From: Candidatus Sulfobium sp.
GTDB taxonomy: Bacteria; Nitrospirota; Thermodesulfovibrionia; Thermodesulfovibrionales; UBA6898
Direction of reading: 5' to 3'
Length of the DNA stretch: 64,000 bases
NCBI GenBank assembly: GCA_037380845.1
Contig: JARRRI010000035.1
Span: forward strand, 1 to 64,000
This document shows positions 19,344 through 28,117 of this stretch, in pieces (position 1 is the stretch's first letter; each line of letters starts with the position of its first letter). A model generated the notes under the pieces. It was not told where the DNA came from and did not search any database. It worked only from the letters and a program-made list of their open reading frames with translations. A program made the translations under genes and the position numbers.

Positions 19344-19701
19344 AGAGGCCGTGCGGTCAAAAGACTACTCACCATTCACTTTTCACTATTTACGGTCTTC
19401 AGAACATTTTTCCCTTTACAACCGTAATATATATTTTTTAAACTCAATTCGGGCGGATCGGGAATTTCACACCACCGTCTTTTGGATTCCATATTTTCGG
19501 CAGATGGACCTGGAAGCATCGTTTTGGGGTTTGAAGATTTTCGGATGGACCACGAGGGTGTTCCATAACGGCGGTAGCCTGTCCAAAAACCCGATTAAAG
19601 CGGCCCCTCCTTTCCGCCTAGAGCAGCAAGGCCGCAAAGAAAACAACGCATCTGCATGACCTGTTCTTCATTTTCGTCATTAACAGAAAATCCTTGCAGG
19701 C

Positions 19702-19731
19702 CGTCATTCCCGAGGTAGTAATCGGGAATCC
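19702..19731 (+). repeat. CGTC-type REP (uninterrupted base unit)
   Basis: CGTCATTCCCGAGGTAGTAATCGGGAATCC. Confidence 0.8.
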
Positions 19732-19837
19732 AGTTTTTCACAAGGTCTCCCGGTTGACTTATCCTTGCCATGAACAGGACCGGGATGTGGATACGCATGC
19801 AGGTTTTCATGGGATCAGCGACCGGCCCAATGTCGAT

Positions 19838-21130
19838 TTACTCGTTTTCTCTAAGAAGCGAATCGAGCGGACTCATGGGGACATTTTGCATATCTCTCAC
19901 AACATGCGTATAAATCATGGTTGTCTCGACGCTCTTATGGCCGAGAAGGCTTTGGACTTCCCTTATGTTGACTCCGCTCATGAGAAGATGGGTAGCAAAA
20001 CTGTGTCTGAGAGTGTGGACGGTCGCATGCTTGGCAATGCCGGCCTTTCTCAATGCATTCCCGAAGGCGGTCTGGATAGCCTTATCGCTGACATGGTGCC
20101 TCCTGACCTTTCCGCTTCTGGGATCAACGGAAAGCCGAGCGGAGGGGAAAACATACTGCCATTTCCATTCTTTGGCTGCATTGCGGTACTTTCTTTGGAG
20201 CGCGTCGGGCAGATACACCTCCCCGTGGCCTGCCGAAAGATCTTTCTCGTGAAGTGTCTTCACTTCTTGGAGATGGCTTTTGAGCGAATCCTTGATGGTC
20301 TCCGGAAGTATTGTAGTTCTGTCTTTATCTCCTTTTCCGCTTCGGACAACAATGAGACTTCCGTCGAAATCGACATCCAGGACCCTCAGTCGTGCTGCTT
20401 CCATTATTCGAAGACCTGAACCGTATAATATCCGGGCTATCAAAAGCGACGTTCCTGTCAGGTGGTCTAACAGCGTTCTTACCTCTTCAATCGAAAGAAC
20501 CACTGGAAGTTTGCTGCCCCTTTTGGCCCGGACGGTCGAGGAAAGGTCTCCCATATCCTGTTTGAGCACGTCGCGGAAGAGAAACAACAGGGCGTTGAAC
20601 GCCTGGTTTTGGGTGGAGGCTGAGACGCGTCTGGTTACGGCAAGATGGCTGAGGTAATCTCTGAGGACATCGGAAGTAAGGGCCGCGGATGAGTCCGATG
20701 AAATCTCGCGCATGTAAGCGAAGAACCGTCCCGCCCAGTCGAGGTAAGCTACCTCGGTGCGATAAGAATAATGCTTGATTCTGAGAAGTTTTCGCATCTC
20801 GGCAAGGAGTTCTGTCTTATCGGCAAGACTTCCTTTTGGTGTAAAAGCTTCCCCTTCGACCTTCATGATATCACCGCCCTTAAAGTGATGAATATAGAGA
20901 CGAAGGGCGGAGTCGGCCTGGATGACCTGCCAGTCCTCGATATCTCCCTTATCCCTCAGCATGTCGAGAAAACGGGCGACAGTCACGTTTATGTCTTCAT
21001 CCTCGTTGCCCCTCCGGAATACAAGAAACTTGCTGACCCAATTGGCCAGGAAAGAGACGTGCTTCTTCTGTGCAAGATTCCTGGCAACAAGAAATTCCTG
21101 AAACTCAGGCAGAATCTCCTTAAAGTTCAT
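19838..21130 (-). CDS. intI: Integron integrase with ~100-aa N-terminal extension
   Basis: YGSGLR, GKGDKDR, IntI-specific insert (DL..G.GEVYLPDAL.RKY..A..EW.WQYVFPS), HTLRHSFATHLL, LGH, TTMIYTHV; start at ATG 21130 after GGGGGA RBS. Confidence 0.97.
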   Translation of the reverse strand: MNFKEILPEFQEFLVARNLAQKKHVSFLANWVSKFLVFRRGNEDEDINVTVARFLDMLRDKGDIEDWQVIQADSALRLYIHHFKGGDIMKVEGEAFTPKGSLADKTELLAEMRKLLRIKHYSYRTEVAYLDWAGRFFAYMREISSDSSAALTSDVLRDYLSHLAVTRRVSASTQNQAFNALLFLFRDVLKQDMGDLSSTVRAKRGSKLPVVLSIEEVRTLLDHLTGTSLLIARILYGSGLRIMEAARLRVLDVDFDGSLIVVRSGKGDKDRTTILPETIKDSLKSHLQEVKTLHEKDLSAGHGEVYLPDALQRKYRNAAKEWKWQYVFPSARLSVDPRSGKVRRHHVSDKAIQTAFGNALRKAGIAKHATVHTLRHSFATHLLMSGVNIREVQSLLGHKSVETTMIYTHVVRDMQNVPMSPLDSLLRENE

Positions 21131-21149
21131 GACAATTCCCCCCGACAAA

Positions 21150-21178
21150 ACGGAATTTCGCATAGTGAATAGTTAGCT
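21150..21178 (+). other. Putative attI (core GTTAGCT at 21172-21178)
   Basis: GTT core just upstream of intI, nearly complementary to GGCTAAC ending cassette 1. Confidence 0.7.
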
Positions 21179-21192
21179 CGATGGAATATTAA

Positions 21193-21822
21193 ATGAAATC
21201 GTTCGTAGTTCAATTCTGGAAAGGGATCTTCAACACCTTTCGCTGGGTGTCTGTCTTTCATATTCTGAGACAAATTATTCCGGAGATGAAATCGTCAGGT
21301 TGGGTAGATTTATGGGTTTTATTCAATTTTGTACTATCTTTTGCATGTCTCTTTTTTCTCGTGAATATAGCTTCAAATTGGTTGTTAGTCATCCTCATTG
21401 CGTGGGGCGCTGTAAGAGTTTTTGAAATTATTGTGTATCAAGCAACTGTATTATTATTTGATCCATATGAACAAAAGAAAAGTGCGCCCCCCTATGCATT
21501 AAGAGGTTACAGAAGGTTATTGATACTCATAATCCAAAATTATATAGAAATCGCCGCTTGGTTCGGCTCGTTCTACATCGTGGGCAGAACTTATTTCATC
21601 GATAATAACTGTGTTCTCAAATCGTCGGCTGGTGCTCTATATTACAGCATCGTAACGATGACAACGCTTGGTTATGGCGATGTGACACCAAATTCGGCTT
21701 GGACTCGGCTGCTTGTTTCCGCGCAAGCATTAACCGGTGTATTCATGGTGGCTGTCATTGTTGCCCGGTTCATATCTTTTTTGCCCAAGCCCCAAACACT
21801 CGATGACAGCGAAAAAGAATAA
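21193..21822 (+). CDS. Cassette 1: potassium-channel-family membrane protein
   Basis: TMTTLGYGD selectivity filter with flanking TM helices. Confidence 0.85.
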   Translation: MKSFVVQFWKGIFNTFRWVSVFHILRQIIPEMKSSGWVDLWVLFNFVLSFACLFFLVNIASNWLLVILIAWGAVRVFEIIVYQATVLLFDPYEQKKSAPPYALRGYRRLLILIIQNYIEIAAWFGSFYIVGRTYFIDNNCVLKSSAGALYYSIVTMTTLGYGDVTPNSAWTRLLVSAQALTGVFMVAVIVARFISFLPKPQTLDDSEKE

Positions 21823-21831
21823 TGAAGCAAG

Positions 21832-21919
21832 GGCTAACAAAAAAATCGAGGCGACAGGGAATAAGCTCGGCGGGTTTTCAAAGGCTGATTGCCTCTGCGC
21901 CTCATTTAGCTCGTTCTGC
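21832..21919 (+). other. attC site 1
   Basis: GGCTAAC...GTTCTGC imperfect palindrome, 88 bp. Confidence 0.85.
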
Positions 21920-21942
21920 ATAATAAGTTAGGGGAGAAATAG

Positions 21943-22905
21943 ATGATAATACTTGACGACAAGAAATTAATCGAGACGAAATTTATTAATGAGCAGGAAG
22001 TAGAAGACCTCGTAATTGCGAACTCGGAGCATTTCTTCGGCCCGTCATCAATTCTCGTTCCTAAAAAGAAAATTAGAACCAAAGACGGCTTCGGCACGAT
22101 ACCCGATGGCTTCGCAATAGATCTCTCAACTCGCGTTTGGTATGTTGTCGAGGCGGAGCTCTCTCACCACAATGTTTGGACTCACATAGCACCGCAGGTC
22201 ACGAAGCAGCTCTTAGCTGCGGGCCGCTTGGAAACCCGACAACTTCTCGCAGAAATATTAGTGCAAATGGTAACAGATGATCCAAGTACAAAAGAGAAAT
22301 TTGATGATGAAGGAATCAAGGAAATTGACATCAGAAAGGTGCTCGGCGAAATTCTTGAAAAAGCGCCCATTATTGGAATTCCGATTGATGCTGTTACAAA
22401 TGACCTTCGCGACTGGGCAGCTACTCTAAAGAATAATGTTAAACTGTGGATCGTCAAGAAATACATTCAGTTCGGGAATCTTAAGAGCATCGCTTACGAA
22501 ATACCGGAAGAATATCGCCCTGTGTTCGATACAACAGACAGAGAAGCTCAACCGCAATCCGGCATAAAAACATACGATGTTTCCATATCAGATCTTATCG
22601 AGGAAGGTTTGCTGACGGCAGGCGCAGAACTAACAATGACATACAAACCACGCGGCGGAAAACAACGGACCTTTACGGCCATACTTGAAGCCGACGGCTC
22701 TTTGAGCGTTTTAGATGAAAACTTTCCAAGCCCCTCCTACGCAGCCATATACTGCATACAGAAGGCTGGAAGCGACAGAACAACAGTAAATGGCTGGACA
22801 AGTTGGAAAACCCAAGACGGTAACTTTCTTGCACAGCTAAGATCAGACTACCTTGAAAAGAAAGAAAAGGCTGCAGAACAAGCAAATCAACCCGACGCAG
22901 ATTAA
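21943..22905 (+). CDS. Cassette 2: PD-(D/E)xK-like nuclease fused to a C-terminal RAMA-like domain
   Basis: E..E...IPDG...VVEAEL N-terminus; DLIEEGLL..G...ADG...FPSPS.AA...NGWTSW C-terminus. Confidence 0.7.
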   Translation: MIILDDKKLIETKFINEQEVEDLVIANSEHFFGPSSILVPKKKIRTKDGFGTIPDGFAIDLSTRVWYVVEAELSHHNVWTHIAPQVTKQLLAAGRLETRQLLAEILVQMVTDDPSTKEKFDDEGIKEIDIRKVLGEILEKAPIIGIPIDAVTNDLRDWAATLKNNVKLWIVKKYIQFGNLKSIAYEIPEEYRPVFDTTDREAQPQSGIKTYDVSISDLIEEGLLTAGAELTMTYKPRGGKQRTFTAILEADGSLSVLDENFPSPSYAAIYCIQKAGSDRTTVNGWTSWKTQDGNFLAQLRSDYLEKKEKAAEQANQPDAD

Positions 22906-22960
22906 CCTTGTCTGGTTTTCACAGGCCGCTTGCTTGCGCGGGTTATTTATTCAGTTAGGC
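22873..22960 (+). other. attC site 2
   Basis: GCAGAAC (complement of the upstream GTTCTGC)...GTTAGGC, 88 bp. Confidence 0.85.
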
Positions 22961-22971
22961 AAGGAATCTAA

Positions 22972-23328
22972 ATGAAGGCAGACAATTTCTATCGATTGAA
23001 AGTTCTTGCTGGCTTTATTTCATTCCTTTTTGCCGGCGGGTGGTTATTTTTTGCTGGCAAGTTGAACATTTGGTTGCATTTATATGCTTTTGCAATGATT
23101 TTTATCTTCTTAACCGCCGCACTCTTGCCGGATAGAGTTTATAGTTCGCGTTATCGTCCCATGATCGCGGCCATTTATATTTTTGGGGTATTTATAAGCG
23201 CTCCCGTCATTTATGATGGTATTATCCTGCTTCATGGCATTGACTATCTTGGTCTTTTCGTAGCGAACCTTCATTTAATCGTTCTGGCTTTTTTTATTAA
23301 GGCTTCATTAATAAAGGACAATGCCTAA
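22972..23328 (+). CDS. Cassette 3: small 4-TM membrane protein
   Basis: Four hydrophobic segments; stop overlaps attC GCCTAAC. Confidence 0.75.
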   Translation: MKADNFYRLKVLAGFISFLFAGGWLFFAGKLNIWLHLYAFAMIFIFLTAALLPDRVYSSRYRPMIAAIYIFGVFISAPVIYDGIILLHGIDYLGLFVANLHLIVLAFFIKASLIKDNA

Positions 23329-23410
23329 CAACCGGCTCGAACAGATGGCGCATAAGCTCGGCGGGTTTTGCAATGGTGGTTGCCGCCACTGGTCAGCCAA
23401 CTCGTTAGCT
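23323..23410 (+). other. attC site 3
   Basis: GCCTAAC...GTTAGCT, 88 bp. Confidence 0.88.
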
Positions 23411-23433
23411 GGCAATAAAATGAAGAAAATAAA

Positions 23434-23745
23434 ATGATTTGGCCAACTCAATTGTTGATCGCAACCCTCGCGTTGCTCATGTTATCAATTATTATCGGTT
23501 ATCCCGTCTGCCATGCCGTTCTCGGTCCAATTATACTTTCGAAACGCGGCAAGAGGAGACTTATTGAAAACTACTTATATTTCGGAAACATCATACAGAT
23601 GGAAAACGACATGAAAGAGCTATCGGAGCACAATGACAAGACCGCCCTCTTTGTTTACAGGCTAATAACCGTTTGCAAGTGGTCAATCATTATTAATCTG
23701 ATTCTAGTGATTGCATTTGCCGTCATTAGTGCGACACAGTCATAG
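23434..23745 (+). CDS. Cassette 4: two-TM hypothetical protein
   Basis: ORF fills the cassette; hydrophobic termini. Confidence 0.7.
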   Translation: MIWPTQLLIATLALLMLSIIIGYPVCHAVLGPIILSKRGKRRLIENYLYFGNIIQMENDMKELSEHNDKTALFVYRLITVCKWSIIINLILVIAFAVISATQS

Positions 23746-23773
23746 ATGACAAATAAGGCAAGGGAAAAGATAC

Positions 23774-23866
23774 AGCTAACAACTGGCTCGACGGCCGACC
23801 GGGATTAAAGCTGGTTTGATTTTTGGCAAAGGTGGGTGCCCCGGCGGGTCAGCCGTATCGTTAGCT
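23774..23866 (+). other. attC site 4
   Basis: AGCTAAC...GTTAGCT, 93 bp. Confidence 0.88.
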
Positions 23867-23879
23867 GTGAGGAGAAAAA

Positions 23880-24398
23880 ATGATGCTAGAGTCTATATTG
23901 TTGGGAGTAACCGGAAGTCTTGTTGCATCAATATTATTCTTAATTTTCGCCTCATTGTTTCGCCCGAACCTCACCCTCTCAAAAAATATATCCGTTGGCG
24001 AATATGATGGTAAGCAAATATTTTCTGTCAAAGTGGCCAACTGTGGTTGCCGCTCTGCAATAAACATCAGGGTAGAATTGCAAATTATTGGTACAAGAGT
24101 TGTTGAAGGTGGAAAAGGAAAAAAGATATACGATGTGGAATTATTAAAAAATGACCATCTAATTTTGAAACCATATAGCAAAAACAATCCAATCAACTGT
24201 TCATTTGAATTTTCTACGGTTGCCAATCTTCCCGAAGAATGGAAAAAAATCGAAGAATCAAATTTATTGTTTAGAGTTATAGCTCAGGACTCTTTCACTT
24301 CTTTTTGCAAAGTTTTTGAGCAAGAATACTACTCACCAGCATCAGCTATAAAACAAGGCCGTTTCGGTTTTGGTAAAAATTTAACAATATACAGCTAA
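23880..24398 (+). CDS. Cassette 5: hypothetical protein with N-terminal TM and beta-rich domain
   Basis: GAGGAG RBS; stop overlaps AGCTAAC. Confidence 0.75.
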   Translation: MMLESILLGVTGSLVASILFLIFASLFRPNLTLSKNISVGEYDGKQIFSVKVANCGCRSAINIRVELQIIGTRVVEGGKGKKIYDVELLKNDHLILKPYSKNNPINCSFEFSTVANLPEEWKKIEESNLLFRVIAQDSFTSFCKVFEQEYYSPASAIKQGRFGFGKNLTIYS

Positions 24399-24504
24399 CC
24401 AGTCACTAAACCGGACCGTCCACCCGTCGTGGTTCTTGCCCAGGTTTCCATGTCGCTTGCTTTTGGACATGGCACAGCCCGGGCCGGTTAGCTCTACGTT
24501 ATAG
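24393..24504 (+). other. attC site 5
   Basis: AGCTAAC..CTAAACCGG...CCGGTTAG..GTTATAG, 112 bp. Confidence 0.88.
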
Positions 24505-24551
24505 CAAAAATACATTAAAGACGAATTAAATCCAATCATCGGAGGTTTACC

Positions 24552-24734
24552 ATGAATCAAGATGCGAAGCAGATGCGCGAATTTTGCCAAAAGTGGCTTA
24601 TAGATTCTCGGAAAAGAGAAGTCAATGATCCACAGCTTACAAAGAATATCCTCGCGATAATGAATGAAATGCATAAGCGCCTTACGATACTAGAAGGCGC
24701 AACTCTTCAGTCGCTCGAAGACATATCAGCTTAA
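24552..24734 (+). CDS. Cassette 6 ORF a, hypothetical
   Basis: GGAGG RBS, 60 aa. Confidence 0.5.
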   Translation: MNQDAKQMREFCQKWLIDSRKREVNDPQLTKNILAIMNEMHKRLTILEGATLQSLEDISA

Positions 24735-24939
24735 TGTCATTTTGTTTCTCGAAATACTTAGAAAGAGACATCTTCTGTAATATCTCTTTCAACGGTTCGA
24801 GTGGTTCTTCGAGCAGAAAGTACCACCTTGCCCCAAATGCGGATGTAAGAATCGCTGCGTCTCCGGGGTTCACATTATGTTTTGAGAGTATGTCAGTAAA
24901 CTCCTTGAAAAGCATCTCTGTTGCTTCTTCTTGTCTCAT
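24682..24939 (-). CDS. Cassette 6 ORF b (antisense), hypothetical
   Basis: AAGGAG RBS on the minus strand, 85 aa. Confidence 0.55.
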   Translation of the reverse strand: MRQEEATEMLFKEFTDILSKHNVNPGDAAILTSAFGARWYFLLEEPLEPLKEILQKMSLSKYFEKQNDIKLICLRATEELRLLVS

Positions 24940-24984
24940 GACTATGTTCTCCTTTCAAAAGAAACTTTATATAACGGAGGGTTT

Positions 24985-25341
24985 ATGGGACGCTGGTCAA
25001 CAAAATCAGATTTTGAAGAAAAGTTAAAGGACTTTATCGGAAAGGATATCGAATATTTTGAGGTCGCTCCAGCTCCCGATTGTTGCTCTGAATGTGAGGC
25101 AAGAGCAAACAAAAAGATAAAAGTCAGAACGGCAACAAAAGCCGATATTCCTCCATTCCATGAAGAATGTAGATGCGACATCCTGCCTTTATTTGAAGAC
25201 GAGGAGGCCGGTTGGTTAAAACAACATAAATCTAAATACGACACAGGCGAATTTCCCATGAAAAGGTGTCCTCACTGTAAAGAGTGGATTCCGGGCAATG
25301 CCACGCAATGCAATAAACCAAAATGCGGAAAAGAGCTATAA
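24985..25341 (+). CDS. Cassette 6 ORF c: Cys-rich protein with MuF/minor-head-like motif and zinc ribbon
   Basis: GGAGG RBS; CCSEC...PPFHEECRC; KRCPHC..I...A..C...CG. Confidence 0.65.
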   Translation: MGRWSTKSDFEEKLKDFIGKDIEYFEVAPAPDCCSECEARANKKIKVRTATKADIPPFHEECRCDILPLFEDEEAGWLKQHKSKYDTGEFPMKRCPHCKEWIPGNATQCNKPKCGKEL

Positions 25342-25463
25342 CAAGCGGCTCCACACCGACACGGGTTAAGCGCGCCCTGGTTTTTGCTTGTTCTGTTGTC
25401 TCTCTTCCGCTCAATCCTTATCTCCTGTCTTTTGGCCCGTGCGGGTGAGCCTGGTCGTTAGGC
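25336..25463 (+). other. attC site 6
   Basis: CTATAAC (complement of GTTATAG)...GTTAGGC, 128 bp. Confidence 0.88.
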
Positions 25464-25550
25464 GCTCCCAGCGCACGCCCCAGGCGCATCCCTTCGGGAG
25501 TGCGCAGAGGGGCTGAGCGCAGAAATAAACGATTAACCGTGAGGTGAATC

Positions 25551-25826
25551 ATGAATCTAGCGAATGGATCATTAATCGCACTCATCATAATGTTCTTGGC
25601 CTATTATCTTCATCAAAGCCCCAAACAAACCGAACTGAAAAACGAGAATGCGGAACTCAAGAAAACTATTATTCAACTTGAAACGGAAAATGCTGAACTT
25701 AAGACGAAGAATGCGAAACTTCAAAAGATAATTCTCGAACTTCAAAAAAAGATATCCAAAAAACGAAGAATTATCTCTAGTGGCATAGTCCATAATTTTC
25801 ATGATCCTGACCTCGATAAAATTTAA
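25551..25826 (+). CDS. Cassette 7: TM plus coiled-coil protein
   Basis: GAGGTG RBS; repeated ENAELK heptads. Confidence 0.7.
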   Translation: MNLANGSLIALIIMFLAYYLHQSPKQTELKNENAELKKTIIQLETENAELKTKNAKLQKIILELQKKISKKRRIISSGIVHNFHDPDLDKI

Positions 25827-25868
25827 ACAAATTAATAACCAGAGGAAATAACGAAATGCGCCGGGAGC

Positions 25869-25925
25869 GCCTAACGGGGCCGGATAGAACGGCAGTGCCG
25901 AGTAAAAGATATAGAGTTTCTCAAT
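25869..25925 (+). other. Left half of attC 7, interrupted
   Basis: GGGAGCGCCTAAC is the exact complement of the cassette start GTTAGGCGCTCCC; no right arm before the transposase element. Confidence 0.7.
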
Positions 25926-26841
25926 GGGGTCAGGTCTTGTTTCTTGCAGACAGGTATGAGATGTAGTAATGTGGTTGTATGGCAAGGCCTCTGAGAATTG
26001 AATACGACGGTGCACTTTACCATGTTACTTCCCGGGGGAATGAGAGGAAGCGGATCTTTCGGGACGACGAAGACCGTGCTGCATTTCTTGATACCCTTCT
26101 CAAGGTAAACGAACGGTATAACTGGATGTGCCATGCATACTGTCTCATGAATAACCATTACCACTTGATCATTGAAACACCGGACGGAAATCTTTCACAG
26201 GGAATGAGGCAACTCAATGGAGTGTATACCCAGTTGTTCAACAGAAGGCACCATCGTGTCGGACATTTATTCCAGGGCAGGTTCAAGACGATTCTCATAG
26301 AGAAGGAGGGTTATCTCCTGGAAGTAAGCAGGTATGTTGTGTTGAATCCGGTCAGGGCGAAAGCGGTGGAGCGGCCGGAGCACTGGAAGTGGAGCAGCTA
26401 TCGGGGCACGGGCCGGCATGGGAAAGCGGCATAAGTGCCTCACACGGGATTGGATATTGGGCCAATTCGGAATGAAACGAGGAGAGGCGCAAAAGAGGTA
26501 CAGGGAGTTTGTCTCAGCCGGCATGAGAGGAGGGGAAGGGCTGTGGAAGGAAGTGAGAGGCCAAAGCATCTTGGGGGACAGCCTCTTTTTTGAGAAGGTG
26601 CTCATCCACGTGAAAGCGCACGAAAACATAGAGGAGATACCGAGGCGGCAGCGGTATGTGGGTAGACCGGGATTGTCGGAGATACTTACCGAGAGGAAGA
26701 TAAGAGGAAAGGAGATAAGGGCAGCGGTCCTGGAGCATGGATACAGTCAGAAAGAGGTGGCTGAATTTCTCGGCGTGCATTACTCCACTATCAGCAGAAA
26801 GGTGAATCAAACCATTGATGCAAGAAGAAAGACCTGACCCC
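25926..26841 (+). mobile_element. Y1/HUH (RAYT-like) transposase element with 23-bp inverted ends
   Basis: GGGGTCAGGTCTTGTTTCTTGCA (25926-25948) and TGCAAGAAGAAAGACCTGACCCC (26819-26841); flanked by AAT on both sides. Confidence 0.85.
25979..26837 (+). pseudogene. Y1 HUH transposase with C-terminal HTH, frameshifted near 26410
   Basis: YHVTSRGN, MNNHYHL (HUH), GHLFQGRF, YVVLNPVRA, WSSY; HTH SQKEVAEFLGVHYSTISR in the second frame; one extra G in ACGGGCC explains the shift. Confidence 0.85.
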
Positions 26842-26844
26842 AAT

Positions 26845-26877
26845 ATGGCGTTTCGCTGCTGATGCACCTCGTTCTGT
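26845..26877 (+). other. Probable right half of an attC (R' GTTCTGT)
   Basis: GCTGATGCACCTCGTTCTGT directly before an RBS and the next ORF. Confidence 0.55.
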
Positions 26878-26906
26878 GTAAAAAACCAATAAATAGGGGA
26901 GGAAAT

Positions 26907-27199
26907 ATGATTAAGAAAATCGCAATCGCGGTCGCCGTCCTGACGCTCTTAATATCTTCGCTTGCACTCGCGGGAGATAACAAAACAACTCCAGCTGAAG
27001 AACAGGCAAAAATCCAACAGAGCATGCAAATGATGACGCCGATGTTCGGATTCTTGCGGATCCGGAGACGGCAAATAAAGTGGCCGCTTTCACGAAGAAT
27101 TACTATGATGCGCTTGTCAAACAGGGTTTTACTAAAGAAGATGCACTAAAAATCACCATGTCTGCGGGCATTCCTAAACTGGCGGGCATGCAAAAATAA
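26907..27199 (+). pseudogene. Cassette 8: secreted helical protein, frameshifted near 27050
   Basis: Signal peptide; protein-like text LADPETANKVAAFTKNYYDALVKQGFTKEDAL continues in another frame. Confidence 0.65.
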
Positions 27200-27393
27200 C
27201 AATGTTTCACAGGACAATAAGGGAAAATACAGAGCTATTTTTTATATCGAGGAGAGCAACTATTTTGTGATCTCAATTGCTAAAAGAGAGCAGGTCTGCG
27301 ACAAATGGGAGTGATATCCATCAGGTTAAATAAAGACGAAGAAAAGATATTGAGGAAATTGTCCGATCATGAAAAACTAATGGAGGGACCGAA

Positions 27394-27810
27394 ATGAGAA
27401 AAGCTGTACCGTTATCAATAATCGTTATATTGATGTGTATACTCAATACCCTGGCGCATTCTCAAGAGACAAGAACACATGACGACGACATTCGCTTTGT
27501 CCAAAGATGGCTGTCATTGATAGACCAAAACAAATACCAGGAAACTTGGGGCTCATTTTCCGACATTTTTAAGAAAACCACTACAAAAGAGCAGTGGCTT
27601 GATGACTTAGACAGGTTTCGAAAGCCTCTGGGCAAGTTGTTGGAACGTAAACTCCTGCACGTAACGGAATCTTCTGACGAGCACCTTGGAAAATATTTGA
27701 TCGTGCAGTATCAATCTCTATTTGAAAACAATACATCTAAAGGAGAGGCTATTTCAGTCATAAAGGATAGCGCAAATGGATGGAAAGTATTGGGGTACAC
27801 AATATTTTGA
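27394..27810 (+). CDS. Cassette 9: DUF4019-like exported protein
   Basis: WLSLIDQ.KY..TW...R.PLG....R...Y...FEN...E......WKVLGY. Confidence 0.75.
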   Translation: MRKAVPLSIIVILMCILNTLAHSQETRTHDDDIRFVQRWLSLIDQNKYQETWGSFSDIFKKTTTKEQWLDDLDRFRKPLGKLLERKLLHVTESSDEHLGKYLIVQYQSLFENNTSKGEAISVIKDSANGWKVLGYTIF

Positions 27811-27814
27811 TTTA

Positions 27815-27888
27815 ACCTAACAACTGCATAAACCCGGACTGGCATTCCGCTGCGCTGCATTGCCGGCCGGGTATGCGGAGCGTTAGAT
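27815..27888 (+). other. attC site
   Basis: ACCTAAC..GCATAAACCCGG...CCGGGTATGC..GTTAGAT, 74 bp. Confidence 0.88.
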
Positions 27889-27910
27889 TTCAACGAATAA
27901 ATAAAGGATA

Positions 27911-28111
27911 TTGGAAATAATATTTGGCATTGGATGTGGACTCTGTCTTTTTATAATTCAGTTTAGACACGCTCGCTTCTCTGTAACGAAATTATTCTTC
28001 GAACAGGATGATTATTTTAAAGACAAGATAGATAAGAAGGACAAGAAACTATTGATTACTGCTGGAATATTCTTTGTTTTATTTGTTATTGCACTTGTTC
28101 AGAATTATTGA
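27911..28111 (+). CDS. Cassette 10: small two-TM protein
   Basis: AAGGA RBS, TTG start; followed by ATCTAAC. Confidence 0.6.
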   Translation: MEIIFGIGCGLCLFIIQFRHARFSVTKLFFEQDDYFKDKIDKKDKKLLITAGIFFVLFVIALVQNY

Positions 28112-28117
28112 ATATGA

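Noticed and set aside
19694..20419. 241-aa plus-strand ORF
   Set aside because: Antisense shadow of intI. The same applies to 6461-7411, 29408-30373, 34054-35280, 45878-47122 and 61316-62446.
21131..21192. LexA box at the intI promoter
   Set aside because: No CTGT-N8-ACAG seen; a lineage-specific box cannot be excluded.
21927..21933. Alternative attC1 end GTTAGGG
   Set aside because: GTTCTGC at 21913 matches cassette 2's GCAGAAC and gives the 88-bp size.
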